The notes under the pieces were generated by a model that did not search any database, was not told the origin of the DNA, and saw only the letters and a list, made by a program, of their open reading frames with translations. This document shows positions 1-10,520 of a stretch of 64,000 bases of DNA, piece by piece. The stretch is from an uncultured Acidobacteriota bacterium (GTDB taxonomy: Bacteria > Acidobacteriota > UBA6911). How positions within the stretch are numbered: the first letter of the stretch is position 1; every line of letters begins with the position of its first letter. The position numbers were made by a program, and so were the translations under genes. The stretch spans positions 160,001 to 224,000 of the forward strand of contig CAWEJX010000004.1 in assembly GCA_963809485.1 (NCBI GenBank), given 5' to 3'.

Positions 1-1
1 G

Positions 2-1042
2 CGCCAGTTTCTGGAAAATGGGTGGACCGACGGGCTCATGATAGCCCTCCCCACCGAAGCAAAGGTTTCAGAAATGCTCAAGGCGACCAGCCACAAGCCT
101 GATGAGATCGTGGGCCAGATGATGCCTTCGCCGGCTCAGGCGCCGTGGAAATACACGGTCGAAATGGTTGCAGTCAACGCCGTGATGGCAGGCGCCAAAC
201 CGAAACACTTCCCTGCCATCCTGGCTCTGGCTGCAACGGGGCAGGGTTCGCTGCCTTCGTCAACGTCCTCTATGGCGAGAATGATAGTCCTCAATGGACC
301 CATCAGGAACGAACTAAAGATGAACATGGGAATAGGAGCGCTTGGGCCCTTCGATGAGACCAATGCGGTCATTGGAAGAGCTTGGACGTTTATCACCAAA
401 AACCTGGGAGGGGGCGGAAAGGCCGGGACCACGTATCTCGGAACCTTCGGAAACAACTACAACTACAACAATCTTTGCTTTGCCGAAAAAGAAGAAGACC
501 TCCCATCCGGCTGGAAACCGTTGCACGTACAAAAGGGCTTCAAGCAGGAGGAGAGCGTTGTGAGCGTGTTTAACGGCTGGACCTTGCTTAATTACAGCGC
601 CTACAATCCGGATCCTTATCACGAGCTGATGAGACGTCAGATGGTAGCGCTGGAAATGAGCGGAGCCGGCGCTCATCATACTCCGGGTGTAAACATACAA
701 ACCGCAGGGATGTTGATTATAGATCCGGTGACAGCAACGGCGCTTAAAGAGGATGAATCCTTCGAAACGAAAGAGAAACTCAACCAGTGGTTGACGGAAA
801 ATGTGCACTTTACTATGTGGAACTACTGGAATGCCATGCCGGATTATCTCAAAAAGGCCAAGGAAGGAGTCCAACCGTACGCCTCCTTGTTGAAACGAGC
901 GCCGGAGTCCGATTCCCCGCTGCAGCTTTTTAGCCCCAGGGCGGGAGTGGAAATTGTCGTGGTGGGAGGGGGAACCAATCCTTACTGGTACGCCGGCGAC
1001 TTCCGTTATCTGGCCAGCGCCTCTATAGACAAATGGAAATAG
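2..1042 (+). CDS. UGSC-family (seleno)protein-like protein, C-terminal part (5'-truncated by window edge)
   Basis: Frame open from base 2 (RQFLENGWTDGLMIALPTE...). Motifs WTDG..PTE.KV..ML, AVNAVMAGAKP, NGPIR..L.MN.G.G and C-terminal IDKWK are shared with 27196-28536. Confidence 0.75.
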   Translation, partial: RQFLENGWTDGLMIALPTEAKVSEMLKATSHKPDEIVGQMMPSPAQAPWKYTVEMVAVNAVMAGAKPKHFPAILALAATGQGSLPSSTSSMARMIVLNGPIRNELKMNMGIGALGPFDETNAVIGRAWTFITKNLGGGGKAGTTYLGTFGNNYNYNNLCFAEKEEDLPSGWKPLHVQKGFKQEESVVSVFNGWTLLNYSAYNPDPYHELMRRQMVALEMSGAGAHHTPGVNIQTAGMLIIDPVTATALKEDESFETKEKLNQWLTENVHFTMWNYWNAMPDYLKKAKEGVQPYASLLKRAPESDSPLQLFSPRAGVEIVVVGGGTNPYWYAGDFRYLASASIDKWK

Positions 1043-1055
1043 TTGAGGTTGAAAA

Positions 1056-1622
1056 ATGAGATTCTCAACTGCTTGTGCGATCTTTTTGATCCTCGCATTG
1101 GCTTTTCTTGTTGCCTGTGCGGAGAAACCGGCCCCTGCCCCGGAGCAGAAGCCCGGGGCAGGCTTTTCGTCCGCTGATGCGGCATCGATCGGAACGACCG
1201 TGCCGGCGATGGTTGAACTCAGTGACATGTATGTTTCACCTGAAACATACGACCTCAAGGTGACGGTCGCTGAAATAGTTCGCGGCGAAAAGGCCGGAGA
1301 GTTTTTAAAGAAGGCAGGCGCATCCGAGACACAGATCGGGACTGATTCAGAATACCTTCTCGCGCGTGTTCGTCTTGAATACAGCGCCCGTGGCGCTCCG
1401 GGAGATAAGCCCTGGGAACTGAGCGGAGCGCAATTCAATGCTTACTCTGAAGAGGGCAAGCCCTTCGGGAGCGCCTCGATTGTGGCGTCGCAATCAGGTC
1501 TGACTCCATCGCTCCGTTCCGGGGATACTCTGGAATGCTGGCTTGCATTTGCGGTGGCGAAAAGTGACAGGAAACCGGTAATGACCCTTAATCCCGGAGG
1601 CGTCTGGTTTCGCCTTTACTGA
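1056..1622 (+). CDS. Lipoprotein, DUF4352-like Ig-fold
   Basis: Signal peptide with lipobox LVAC; EYLLARVRLEY and LRSGDTLECWLAF pattern. Confidence 0.55.
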   Translation: MRFSTACAIFLILALAFLVACAEKPAPAPEQKPGAGFSSADAASIGTTVPAMVELSDMYVSPETYDLKVTVAEIVRGEKAGEFLKKAGASETQIGTDSEYLLARVRLEYSARGAPGDKPWELSGAQFNAYSEEGKPFGSASIVASQSGLTPSLRSGDTLECWLAFAVAKSDRKPVMTLNPGGVWFRLY

Positions 1623-1878
1623 TGCGCACGGAGACGCGATCCCGCCTGTCCTGAAAAAGAATACCGGTGAGGGAAGGACGGCCCTCGATTTTGCCGGGCA
1701 GTCAAAAGGCACCAGACTTCCGGATTGCGTCTCTGCAGCCGCAAAGATGCAGCTCTCCTTTTTGCTCATCCCGACCATACCGGAAGTTTCGAGGAACGCC
1801 GTGGTCAAAGACAAATCGGCACAGGTGGGAGTTTGCCTGTTTTGCCCGCCCGGTGCCGGAGCGGAAATCCTTGCAGTA

Positions 1879-3240
1879 TCAGTGACTGGAAAAAGTCGTC
1901 TCCTGAGCCAACTGGTCGAGCGATTTGCCCTTGGTCTCTTTCTTGACGAACAGGAAGGCCGCCAGGGCGCCGACAACAGCCGGAATGAGGTAGAACAGGA
2001 AAGACACCCGCATCCCAAGCTGCATTCCCATGATGGCCCCGCTCACGATGGGAGCCAGCGCTCCACCCACCCGGCCAAACGCCTGGCACCAGGATACGCC
2101 GGTGTTTCGGAACTCGGTCGGATAGGCTTCGGCCATCAGGGGCTGCACGGCCGTGATCGCGTAATTGATGGCGAAACCCATGAAAATGCTGGCAGCCAAA
2201 ATGGTCGTGAAACCGCCGCCGACGAAGGCCATCAGGATTATGGAAAGACCCCCGACCAGATAGCTCATGATGAGGTTCGGCCTGCGGCCAATGATCTCGG
2301 CGACGAAGCCGGTCAGGCAGTTGGCGATGACTGCAGCCGCATTGTTGGCGATGGCCAGAGTATATGCGGAAGTCAGCTGGAAGCCTTTTTCCAGCATCAG
2401 GGAAGGCAGCCAGGCATTGAGGCCGTATACGGTGAAACAGCCGCAGAAGTATGTGATCCATACGCCCGCGGTGATTATGCGGTAATCCTTGGAGAAAAGG
2501 GCTTTGGGACCGGCGACTTTAGGAGCCGGCGGGACGACCAGAGCACCGGGGTCACGCGGAGTCACTTTGCCCGTGGCGCGTTTTTCTATTCGGGCGAGCA
2601 TTTCCACCGCTTCCTTTTTGCGCCCTTTGCTGGCCAGCCAGTAAGGCGACTCGTGCATCCGAAGATACAGGAAAATGGCGTACAGGAAAGGAACACCGCC
2701 GATCAGGTAGCAGATCCTCCATCCGTGATGCGGAACAAGGAGGGTAGGTATCAGCCCGCCCAGCACCCAGCCGACGATCATCCAGGCCATGCCGAATGTG
2801 ATGAACAGCGCGCGTCGGGGAGTAGGTGTGGATTCGGAGAATATGGTCGTAACCACCGGGATGCAGGCACCCAGGCCCACGCCGGCCAGAATGCGGAAGA
2901 ACGCGAACTGTGCGAAACTGGTGGAGAAGTAGATTGGAATTGTCAGCAGCGAATAGGCGGCGATGGAAAAGATAAGAGTATTTCTCCGGCCGATTTTGTC
3001 CGAGATGATACCGGCGCAAGCACCGCCGATGATCAGGCCGAAAAGGCTCCAGGACGACAGGCTGCCCGTCTGAACCTTGCTTAGAGCCCACTCGGCGGAA
3101 ATCTGGGGCATGGTATACGAAACAACCATGTAGTCATAGCCGTCGAAGACCATGGACATACCGAGGAAGAAAAACACGGACCAGGTAAACTTGTTGACCC
3201 CCAAAGAGTCCACTACTTCAGAAATGGTAAATTTTTTCAC
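1879..3240 (-). CDS. MFS transporter, aromatic acid:H+ symporter-like
   Basis: FDGYD in TM1, SDKIGRR motif A, about 12 hydrophobic segments; probable GTG start at 3240 behind GGGAG. Confidence 0.85.
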   Translation of the reverse strand: MKKFTISEVVDSLGVNKFTWSVFFFLGMSMVFDGYDYMVVSYTMPQISAEWALSKVQTGSLSSWSLFGLIIGGACAGIISDKIGRRNTLIFSIAAYSLLTIPIYFSTSFAQFAFFRILAGVGLGACIPVVTTIFSESTPTPRRALFITFGMAWMIVGWVLGGLIPTLLVPHHGWRICYLIGGVPFLYAIFLYLRMHESPYWLASKGRKKEAVEMLARIEKRATGKVTPRDPGALVVPPAPKVAGPKALFSKDYRIITAGVWITYFCGCFTVYGLNAWLPSLMLEKGFQLTSAYTLAIANNAAAVIANCLTGFVAEIIGRRPNLIMSYLVGGLSIILMAFVGGGFTTILAASIFMGFAINYAITAVQPLMAEAYPTEFRNTGVSWCQAFGRVGGALAPIVSGAIMGMQLGMRVSFLFYLIPAVVGALAAFLFVKKETKGKSLDQLAQETTFSSH

Positions 3241-3654
3241 CTCTTGATTCTCCCTTTGCCAATCCGTCTGACAGGCATGACCCATCGGATGTGAAAGCTT
3301 GATCCGGCCTTGTATTCGCTTCCAACACGAATCTCTCACGGGATTTCCTGGAGAAGCTCGTATCGGAACCTATCTTTTTTATTTGTTCGAGGCTGCAGCT
3401 ATCAAGCCTTCATGCTGCAACCTGGAACCGGTAACATTCAATCGAGAGTATATATCTCCATCTGAGCCACCGCATCAGGAAAACTGTGAGAAATGCGGGC
3501 GGGCATGTTTCGGGACGGCGCCTATTGCTAAAGATCGATATTCGTCAGAGCCGTAAAGGCTCTTCCGCGGCTTTGCGATTGAAATGCACTTCTCTGCTGC
3601 AAGAGGAAAATTGATTTGATCGGCCCGGCGCTTGGACGAGGCCAGCTTGCCGCT

Positions 3655-3960
3655 AATTAGTTTCGTCGCGAAACTGGTTTGTGCCGCGTAGCGGCACTAT
3701 GATTTTAGCCCGGCCTTTCAAGGCCGGGAACCATGGTACAGCGAGCAGCGCGTCGCGTAGCGACGCCTGAGATTCAGCCGTCGCTACGCGACGGAAAACT
3801 TAACTCCTTTCGATCCAGGCCTTAAAAGGCCTGGCAAATTCAGCTGGCCGCTACGCGGCCTGACTCCAATTATCGGCTTCTATGTAATATCAAATATCCT
3901 ATTGACGGTTGAAAAATTTGGCTTTTTCACAAAACCCGAGTTTCGCGACAGAAACTAATT
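3655..3960. mobile_element. MITE-like element with ~21-bp terminal inverted repeats and internal REP-like palindromes
   Basis: Left AATTAGTTTCGTCGCGAAACT; right AGTTTCGCGACAGAAACTAATT (1-nt indel). Interior has paired CGCGTAGCG/CGCTACGCG palindromes and GGCCTT..AAGGCC hairpins. Confidence 0.7.
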
Positions 3961-3965
3961 ACATC

Positions 3966-4153
3966 GGTAAACCCCCGGCTCTGCTGGGGGACTCAAAGAG
4001 TTCGACAGATCCGTATTTTGAAACGCTGATAAAAGCGCTGACAAACGCCGATTTGTTCGGCGAGGGTCGGCGAGCAAAACCGGCGTAACTCCTCCAACCG
4101 CTTTGAGCGGTTCAAATCTTTCAAGCCTCCGGCTTTGCCGGAGGTACCTGACT
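3966..4153 (+). mobile_element. IS200/IS605-like non-autonomous element, copy 1 (short form)
   Basis: Left end GGTAAACCCCCGGCTCTGCTGGGGGACTCAAAGAG; right end CCGCTTTGAGCGG...CAAGCCTCCGGCTTTGCCGGAGGTACCTGACT; matches four other copies in the window. Confidence 0.75.
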
Positions 4154-4173
4154 GGATTCGGCATATACCCGGA

Positions 4174-5130
4174 TCAGGATTCCCGGAGAAGATGGCGATA
4201 GCTTTCAGGGTGCTGCTCGAGGTATTCGGACAGGGATTGGGCCGCGTGTCCCGTCAGTTTCGGAACCGTATCACTAACCTTGGACAAATCACCCATGGCA
4301 ATTTGCAGGAAATGGGTGACGAAAACGTCGACCTCGTAGTCATCCAGCCCGTGTCCGGTCAACATCCGGCGCTCGGCCTCGAATTTTTCCAGCCGGCTGG
4401 TCGAGCGTGTTTCCCGGGCTTCTTTGGGAGTCTGGGGCTGGTAAACGATTTCCCGGTTCAAGGCCGCGGACAACCGTTCGGCAGTCTCGACCATCGTGAG
4501 CGCCTCCGGGCCTGTTACATCATAAGTAAGCCCTTCATGCCCCATACCTGTCAAAACCGCAACGGCCGTTTCGGCAATATCGTCACGCGTAACCCAGGCG
4601 GCGCGCCCATCTCCGGCCGGCGCCCGGATAACGTCATCGGCCGAGACGCATTGCGGCACGTTATCGGTATACAGGCTAGCGCGCAGGATAGTGAAGGGCA
4701 TGCCCGAAGCCCGTAGGTGCTCTTCGGTGTGAAAATGGTCGTGCGCCAGGATGAAAGTGGCGTCGGGAGCCGCATTCATCACCGAGAGGTAGACGATGTG
4801 CTTCACCCCGGCAGCCGCTGCGGCATCCACGGCCGTAAGCTGCTGCTGCAACCGATCGTAGGGAGGAGGCGCCGTGTGATTCTTGGCGCTGATGTGGGCC
4901 ACTCCAAAACGGTCGCGGGCGGATACCAGGAACAATGTGTCGACACCGTTCAGCGCCCTGCGCATCGCGGCGGCATCGCCATAGGATGAAGCCTGAACAA
5001 CCTCGGCTCCCGGAAGTTGAGGCGCCCGCGCGGGATCGCGCACAATCAGCCGCTGAGTCCGTCCCCTCCGGGCCAGGCGCACTGCAATCCTGCCCCCTAC
5101 TTCCCCCGTGGCTCCGGTGATTGCCAGCAT
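4174..5130 (-). CDS. NmrA-like/atypical SDR NAD(P)H-binding protein
   Basis: ITGATGEVG Rossmann motif, GVKHIVYLS, VTRDDIAE, YDVTGPEAL; probable start MLAITG at 5130. Confidence 0.85.
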   Translation of the reverse strand: MLAITGATGEVGGRIAVRLARRGRTQRLIVRDPARAPQLPGAEVVQASSYGDAAAMRRALNGVDTLFLVSARDRFGVAHISAKNHTAPPPYDRLQQQLTAVDAAAAAGVKHIVYLSVMNAAPDATFILAHDHFHTEEHLRASGMPFTILRASLYTDNVPQCVSADDVIRAPAGDGRAAWVTRDDIAETAVAVLTGMGHEGLTYDVTGPEALTMVETAERLSAALNREIVYQPQTPKEARETRSTSRLEKFEAERRMLTGHGLDDYEVDVFVTHFLQIAMGDLSKVSDTVPKLTGHAAQSLSEYLEQHPESYRHLLRES

Positions 5131-5237
5131 GGCTTCGGTCCTTGTGAAAATGATAGCCCTGAGATGGTTTGCACGCTCCGGAGGCAGGGATTTCATGCGC
5201 TCCAGTGAAATAAGGAGCGTGCGGGTTCTCCCGAGCT

Positions 5238-6392
5238 TTAAATCGCCTCGCTAAGTATCTCCGTCAGTTCTTCCAGCGTCAGTTGAACGGGATTGCCTTT
5301 TATGCTGCTTGACCTTTGAGCTTTGACGGCGATGCCGGGCAAATCCTTTTCCGTCAATCCGAAATCGGCAAGCCGCGGAACAGAGAAATCATCCCGCATC
5401 GAATGCAGCCATTCTACACCCTCTTTGGCTCCCGCCGATGCGCGGCCCGTCAGCAGGCGGGCAATCTCGTCGTAGCGGGGAATTGCAGGGGAGTCTTTAG
5501 CCCTGGCATTCAACGCTTTCAGGTTGGCCTCCATTACTATCGGCAGCAGGCGGGCGCAGACAACTCCGTGGGGGACAGGAATCATTCCGCCCAGGGGAGC
5601 GGCAAGACCGTGGACTGCGCCCAAGCCTGCATTCGTCAGAGCGATGCCGCCGAACAGGCTGGCCAGCGCCATATTTCCCCGAGCCTGGACGTTGCTGCCG
5701 TCCGCATAGGCCGCACGCAGCCAGAGGGCTGCGCGGCGGATTCCGTCGCGGCAGATGGCATCGGTGACGGGATTGGCAGCGTTGGATACAAACGGCTCGA
5801 TCAACTGGCACAGAGCGTCCATCCCGGTGCTCGCCGTAATGGAGGGGGGAACCGAGTGCGTCAGGTCGGGATCCACTACGGCAAGCCGGGGGAGCATACC
5901 GGGGCTGCGCAGGCTGACTTTAACGCGATGCTCGGGAGAAGCCAGCACGGCGTTTCGGGTCACCTCGCTGCCCGTGCCTGCCGTCGTCGGTATGCAGATG
6001 CACGGAGCACACGCTTGTGTCAAAGGAAGGCCTTTGCCGACAACCTCCAGATAATCGAGCGGATCGCCTGGATTGGACAGTAGCGCCGCAATCGCCTTAG
6101 CGCCATCCAATGCGCTGCCGCCGCCGAAGCCGATTACGACGTCGCATTCGGCATTCCTGGCAATCCGCACTCCATCCAGAATCCCGGGAATCGTCGGTTC
6201 GCCCGAAATGGAGAACAGGCTGCATGCGACGCGCTCAGCCTGCAATCCGGCAACGAATGGATCCAGACGGGCAGGCGTGCTTCCGGCAACGATCAAAGCC
6301 TTGCGCCCCAGAGAAGCTGCCGCAGGTATCGCCTCCCCGACTCTGCCGGAGCCGAATGCTATCCTGGTTGCGGTGACAAAATCGAAACGCAT
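5238..6392 (-). CDS. Iron-containing alcohol dehydrogenase
   Basis: GFGGGSALDGAKA, IPTTAGTGSEVT, GMDALCQLIE, GAVHGLA, PHG motifs. Confidence 0.92.
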   Translation of the reverse strand: MRFDFVTATRIAFGSGRVGEAIPAAASLGRKALIVAGSTPARLDPFVAGLQAERVACSLFSISGEPTIPGILDGVRIARNAECDVVIGFGGGSALDGAKAIAALLSNPGDPLDYLEVVGKGLPLTQACAPCICIPTTAGTGSEVTRNAVLASPEHRVKVSLRSPGMLPRLAVVDPDLTHSVPPSITASTGMDALCQLIEPFVSNAANPVTDAICRDGIRRAALWLRAAYADGSNVQARGNMALASLFGGIALTNAGLGAVHGLAAPLGGMIPVPHGVVCARLLPIVMEANLKALNARAKDSPAIPRYDEIARLLTGRASAGAKEGVEWLHSMRDDFSVPRLADFGLTEKDLPGIAVKAQRSSSIKGNPVQLTLEELTEILSEAI

Positions 6393-6454
6393 CGGATCAA
6401 CCCCAAAAGTCATTATACAAAGCCAGGGTCAGTGTTGCCCGGCCGGCGCTGCAC

Positions 6455-6952
6455 ATGCCCACCGTGTGCGGCCCATGCTATCACGCCGGAGCCTGGAGTG
6501 ATCGCTTTTATGTCGATGGAGGCGTTTGCACGGGAAGGCCGTATTTCGAGCAGCTGCTCTATTGCCGCCGTCATCCTGACAGCCTCGGGTATGGAGGCGG
6601 ATATTCCATCACTTTCCCCGATCTTCCGGGTTGTTGTTCTGACGGAGCCACTCCGGAGGAAGCTGTCAAACATGGTCGCGATGCACTTGGGTCCTGGCTT
6701 GCAGTTGCGCGCGAGTTCGGTGATAAAATTCCAATGCCTTTTTCCAAGGTAAGCGGACGTTTCGTTCAGCGTGTTCCTCGATCCCTTCATGCTCAACTCA
6801 TCGCCCGCGCAAAAATTGAAGGTGTATCCCTCAATACTTTGGTTGTTTCAATCGTATCGCAAGGACTTGGACAGCGGCAGGCCGAAATAATAAAAGACCC
6901 GTTGTCTAACTATTCGTTGCGGCGGACGGCGAAAAAGGCGCGCCGCCGCTGA
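6455..6952 (+). CDS. hicB: HicB-family antitoxin (orphan; N-terminus atypical, start uncertain)
   Basis: GGGYSITFPDLPGCCSDGATPEEA, then SGRFVQRVPRSLHAQL...EGVSLN ribbon-helix-helix; no intact hicA seen. Confidence 0.7.
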   Translation: MPTVCGPCYHAGAWSDRFYVDGGVCTGRPYFEQLLYCRRHPDSLGYGGGYSITFPDLPGCCSDGATPEEAVKHGRDALGSWLAVAREFGDKIPMPFSKVSGRFVQRVPRSLHAQLIARAKIEGVSLNTLVVSIVSQGLGQRQAEIIKDPLSNYSLRRTAKKARRR

Positions 6953-6978
6953 AATACGGCGGAATTGGGGACCGGAAG

Positions 6979-7002
6979 TGGGGACAGTCACGAATGTCCC
7001 CA
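6979..7002. repeat. GGGGACAGTCACGA.TGTCCCC palindrome (REP-like)
   Basis: TGGGGACAGTCACGAATGTCCCCA; near-identical to 50898-50923. Confidence 0.6.
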
Positions 7003-7592
7003 AACTCCGCACGATTATGCTTTAACCGGCTCCGCCGCCGCCCCCGATATCGGCAGGTTAAAGTTGTTCATTTCCACTGCGGCTTCGACCGTTTGTGATG
7101 GTTACAGCGCCCTGGGACAGGCGGACTCATTAACCATAAGCTTGGGCGAGGCGTGGACATCCATGAGATAGGTGGGTTCCAGTTTGCCGGCAGCAGTTCT
7201 TCTATCGGATGGATCTTGCGCTCCGGGAATGGCTTGGCACGGGAATGGGCCTTTACCAAGTCCAGGGTATCAATCCGACTCTGCAGTTGCTTCCGCCGGT
7301 CTGCCTCCGTTAAGCGACGACCTTGTCAATGCATCTGCTCCAATGTAGCATTCAAAAGGGCGATATGCGGTGCCGGTGCTTATCGCAGCGAAGTTGGCCA
7401 CCCCGAACCGAAGCGGCGTTCAATTGCCTTAATCCTCTTTCATGCGGCCAACATCGGTCAATAAAAACCAGGAAACTGCAGAAGCACACAGAAGGAGATG
7501 AAACCGCCCTATTTCGCTCAGCTTTAGGATATTTCCACAAGGTATCGAAGGCAGGGCAACAAAGCGGTTCTCGCTGATTTCAGGAGGAACAG

Positions 7593-7907
7593 ATGTCGAA
7601 GGCTGAAATAAATTCGGGTGTCTGCGGCCACGTTACGAACGTCGAAGCGTCCATGGACGGCAAAACCTGCAAACTGGCTATTACCAGCGACTGCAAAGCG
7701 ATTGAGCAGCTCGCGCTGGAACTTCCCCAGGTCAATCCCCTCCAGGAAATTTCCTCCAAGAGGGCAGTTCCACAAGCGCTCCAAATGGGCCTGAAGCACT
7801 GTTTTCACGCGGCCTGTCCTGTCCCGGTGGGGATTATCAAAGCCGTTGAAGTGGAAGCCAAGCTGGCACTGCCCAAGGATGCCGTGATCAAGGTATCCAA
7901 GGAATAA
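7593..7907 (+). CDS. Small conserved Cys/His protein (DUF6951-like)
   Basis: GVCGHVT, SDC, HAACPVPVGIIKAVEVEAKLALPKD; AGGAGG RBS. Confidence 0.7.
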   Translation: MSKAEINSGVCGHVTNVEASMDGKTCKLAITSDCKAIEQLALELPQVNPLQEISSKRAVPQALQMGLKHCFHAACPVPVGIIKAVEVEAKLALPKDAVIKVSKE

Positions 7908-8041
7908 TTGCCATAGGACGACGCCGGGATCGGCACCTCCCTGCTCCCAATTTTTCATCCGGGAATTCCTTGTCGGCTCTACCTCAATGGCAGGACAGGG
8001 CATGTTGTCAAAATGGCATGCGGCTTTGCCAGGGGAGAAAA

Positions 8042-9013
8042 ATGGAAAGCGTCATCCCTTATCTGCTGCAATCCAATGAGCCGTCCATCCGCTATAAAAC
8101 GCGAGTGAATATACTGGATGAACCTCCCGATTCGGCTTCGATAAAAAAGCTCAGGGAAGAAATTCGCATGTCGCCGCGAGTCCTGGCGCTACTGTCGGAA
8201 CGAGGCCGGGACAGGCGTATCCCGTTTCATCCTTACGCCAAATTTTGCGGCGCGCACTGGGTGCTGGCGGCGTTGGCCGATCTTGGCTATCCGGCCGGCG
8301 ACAAAACGCTCGTTCCGCTGCGCGACGAGGTCCTGGGATGGCTCACCTCGAAGGAGTATGAGACCCGGCTCATCCGCCGCCGGAAGAGCGGCCCCGTCCG
8401 AATACACGGATCCGTCGACGGCAACGCGATATTCAGTATCCTGACGCTCGGACTTGACGATCCGCGCCTGGACATCCTGATCGGGCATTTGCTCGACAAC
8501 CAGTGGCCCGACGGCGGATGGAACTGCGATCTCAAAGCCAAAGGAACAACATCCTCATTCGACGAAACATGGCTCGCCTTTCGCTCTCTGGCGCTGCACG
8601 CGCGGCTGGCCGGGGACAGTAAATCCCGGAAGGCGGTAAAAAAGGCAGCGGAGGTCTTTTTGTCCCGTCGCTTGTGCTGGCGGCGGTCGAATGGACGCGT
8701 AATCAGGCAAAGCTACACTAAACTGAACTACCCCTACTATTGGCACTACAGCCTGCTGTCGGGTTTAAGAGTAATGGCGGAAGCGGGATTTATCCGCGAC
8801 GCGCGCTGCAAGGACGCTCTTGACCTGCTGGAAAGCAAACGCCTTCCGGACAGCGGATTCCCGGCAGAACACGCCTATTATCAGGCCACGACAAAAACAG
8901 TTCGAAGCGGACGCTCTCTGGTGAAATGGGGCGGAGTCAGCCGCCGCCATTTGAATGAATGGGTCACGGTGGAGGCTCTTACAGTACTGAAGGCAGCGGG
9001 CCGCTTTGTTTGA
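8042..9013 (+). CDS. Alpha/alpha-barrel protein with prenyltransferase/squalene-cyclase-like QW repeats
   Basis: QWPDGGWNC, YPYYWHYSLL, LLESKRLPDSGFP, NEWVT; RBS GGGGAG before ATG 8042. Confidence 0.65.
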   Translation: MESVIPYLLQSNEPSIRYKTRVNILDEPPDSASIKKLREEIRMSPRVLALLSERGRDRRIPFHPYAKFCGAHWVLAALADLGYPAGDKTLVPLRDEVLGWLTSKEYETRLIRRRKSGPVRIHGSVDGNAIFSILTLGLDDPRLDILIGHLLDNQWPDGGWNCDLKAKGTTSSFDETWLAFRSLALHARLAGDSKSRKAVKKAAEVFLSRRLCWRRSNGRVIRQSYTKLNYPYYWHYSLLSGLRVMAEAGFIRDARCKDALDLLESKRLPDSGFPAEHAYYQATTKTVRSGRSLVKWGGVSRRHLNEWVTVEALTVLKAAGRFV

Positions 9014-9200
9014 TGCATCGCCGGATCACACATCAATAAACTCCAAAATCGCAATCCGGGAAGATAAAATCATTTCCCCGGGTGTAGAATCCCTTCGGAA
9101 TCAATGGGAGCAGCGAACGGCGGCCTTCACCGGATGGCTCAGATGAATAGAGATTCCACTCCGGTTGTATTGCTGTGTTTTTTGGGTCGGGCACTATTGA

Positions 9201-9432
9201 AGTCAGGTAACTCCGGCAAAGCCGGAGGCTTGAAAGATTTGAACCGCTCAAAGCGGTTGGACTAGTTACGCCGGTCCTGAACGCTGACTTACGCGGGCAA
9301 AAGCCGATGAGGCGCTTCCGATCCACGCCGAACAAATCGGCGTTTGTCAGCGCTTTTATCAGCGTTTCTCAGCGTTTCAAAATACGGAGCTGTCAAACTC
9401 TTTGAGTCCCCCGGCAGGGCCGGGGGTTTACC
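9201..9432 (-). mobile_element. IS200/IS605-like non-autonomous element, copy 2 (intermediate form)
   Basis: Reverse complement of the copy 1/5 ends; keeps only one arm of the internal palindrome. Confidence 0.75.
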
Positions 9433-9479
9433 AATATCATTAATATTCGCTGCTGATGTCAAAGCGCTTCGAGGAAACA

Positions 9480-10514
9480 ATGCAGGAACAAGAACTCGGC
9501 GACCTGGGAATCCATCGCATCCCAATCCCGATCCCATTCCGTCAGGCCGGAGGGCCGGCCAACGCCTACGTCGTCGAAGAAGATAACGGTTTACTGCTGT
9601 TCGATACCGGCATCGGACTGGACGGGTCTCAAAAGGCCTTGGCCGACGGACTAACTCAGACAGGGCATCGTTTTGAAGAAGTGAACCGCATCGTTTTGTC
9701 TCACGGTCATATGGATCATTTCGGCGGAGCTGCCTGGGTCCTGGAACAAATCGGGCGGCCAGTTCCCGTCTCGATTCACAGCGCGGATGCGCACAAAGTT
9801 CTCGAATCGGGATTGCCGCTGCCGGTTCTCTTCAGGCAGAACGCCGGCTATCTTTCCAGGCTCGGATTGCCGCCATCGGTGCTGGAGGAGATAATGGCCG
9901 ATATCGGCAAAGAGTCCGGCATGGGCAGACAGTTGGCTGATGTGACGCCGCTCTGCCCTGGCGACATCCTGCGGTGCAAATACGTCACTCTCGAAGTCCT
10001 CCATATGCCCGGCCACACACCCGGCCTCTGCTGCCTTTACGAACGCAACCACCGGATATTATTCTCAGCTGACCACCTCCTCGAGAACGTGTCACCCAAT
10101 CCGCTTATCGAGCTCACGCCGGGAACCGAACCCGGATGGTTCAAACCGCTGGTTACTTACTTCGAATCCCTCGACCGGCTGCGCGGGCTTGCCATTGACC
10201 TTGTTTTGCCCGGTCATGCGGAGCCGTTCGGTGCGCACCTCGATGTCATCGATTCCCTCCATGCCTTCTATCGGCGCCGCCAGGCCAAGCTTCTGGATTT
10301 ACTCCAACGCGAACCGCGGACCGTCTACGAGCTCATGAGAGAACTCTTCCCTTCCAGCAGCGCTTTCGAACTCTTCCTGACGATGTCGGAAACCCTCGGG
10401 AACCTCGAGATGCTCGAGCATCAGGGCAAGATAAAGCGCGAGACTCATGGTGAATACCTGCGCTTCCAAAAAATTGCCGGTCGATACGGAGACAATTCCG
10501 TCAGAGAAATATAA
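9480..10514 (+). CDS. MBL-fold metallo-hydrolase with C-terminal winged helix
   Basis: SHGHMDHFGG, PGHTPG, SADH, LPGH; GAGG RBS before ATG 9480. Confidence 0.9.
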   Translation: MQEQELGDLGIHRIPIPIPFRQAGGPANAYVVEEDNGLLLFDTGIGLDGSQKALADGLTQTGHRFEEVNRIVLSHGHMDHFGGAAWVLEQIGRPVPVSIHSADAHKVLESGLPLPVLFRQNAGYLSRLGLPPSVLEEIMADIGKESGMGRQLADVTPLCPGDILRCKYVTLEVLHMPGHTPGLCCLYERNHRILFSADHLLENVSPNPLIELTPGTEPGWFKPLVTYFESLDRLRGLAIDLVLPGHAEPFGAHLDVIDSLHAFYRRRQAKLLDLLQREPRTVYELMRELFPSSSAFELFLTMSETLGNLEMLEHQGKIKRETHGEYLRFQKIAGRYGDNSVREI

Positions 10515-10520
10515 AGTGGA

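Noticed and set aside
1747-3084. 445-aa plus-strand ORF and similar long antisense ORFs (e.g. 26899-27990, 17291-18358)
   Set aside because: Antisense shadows of well-supported genes in GC-rich DNA, with no recognisable motifs.
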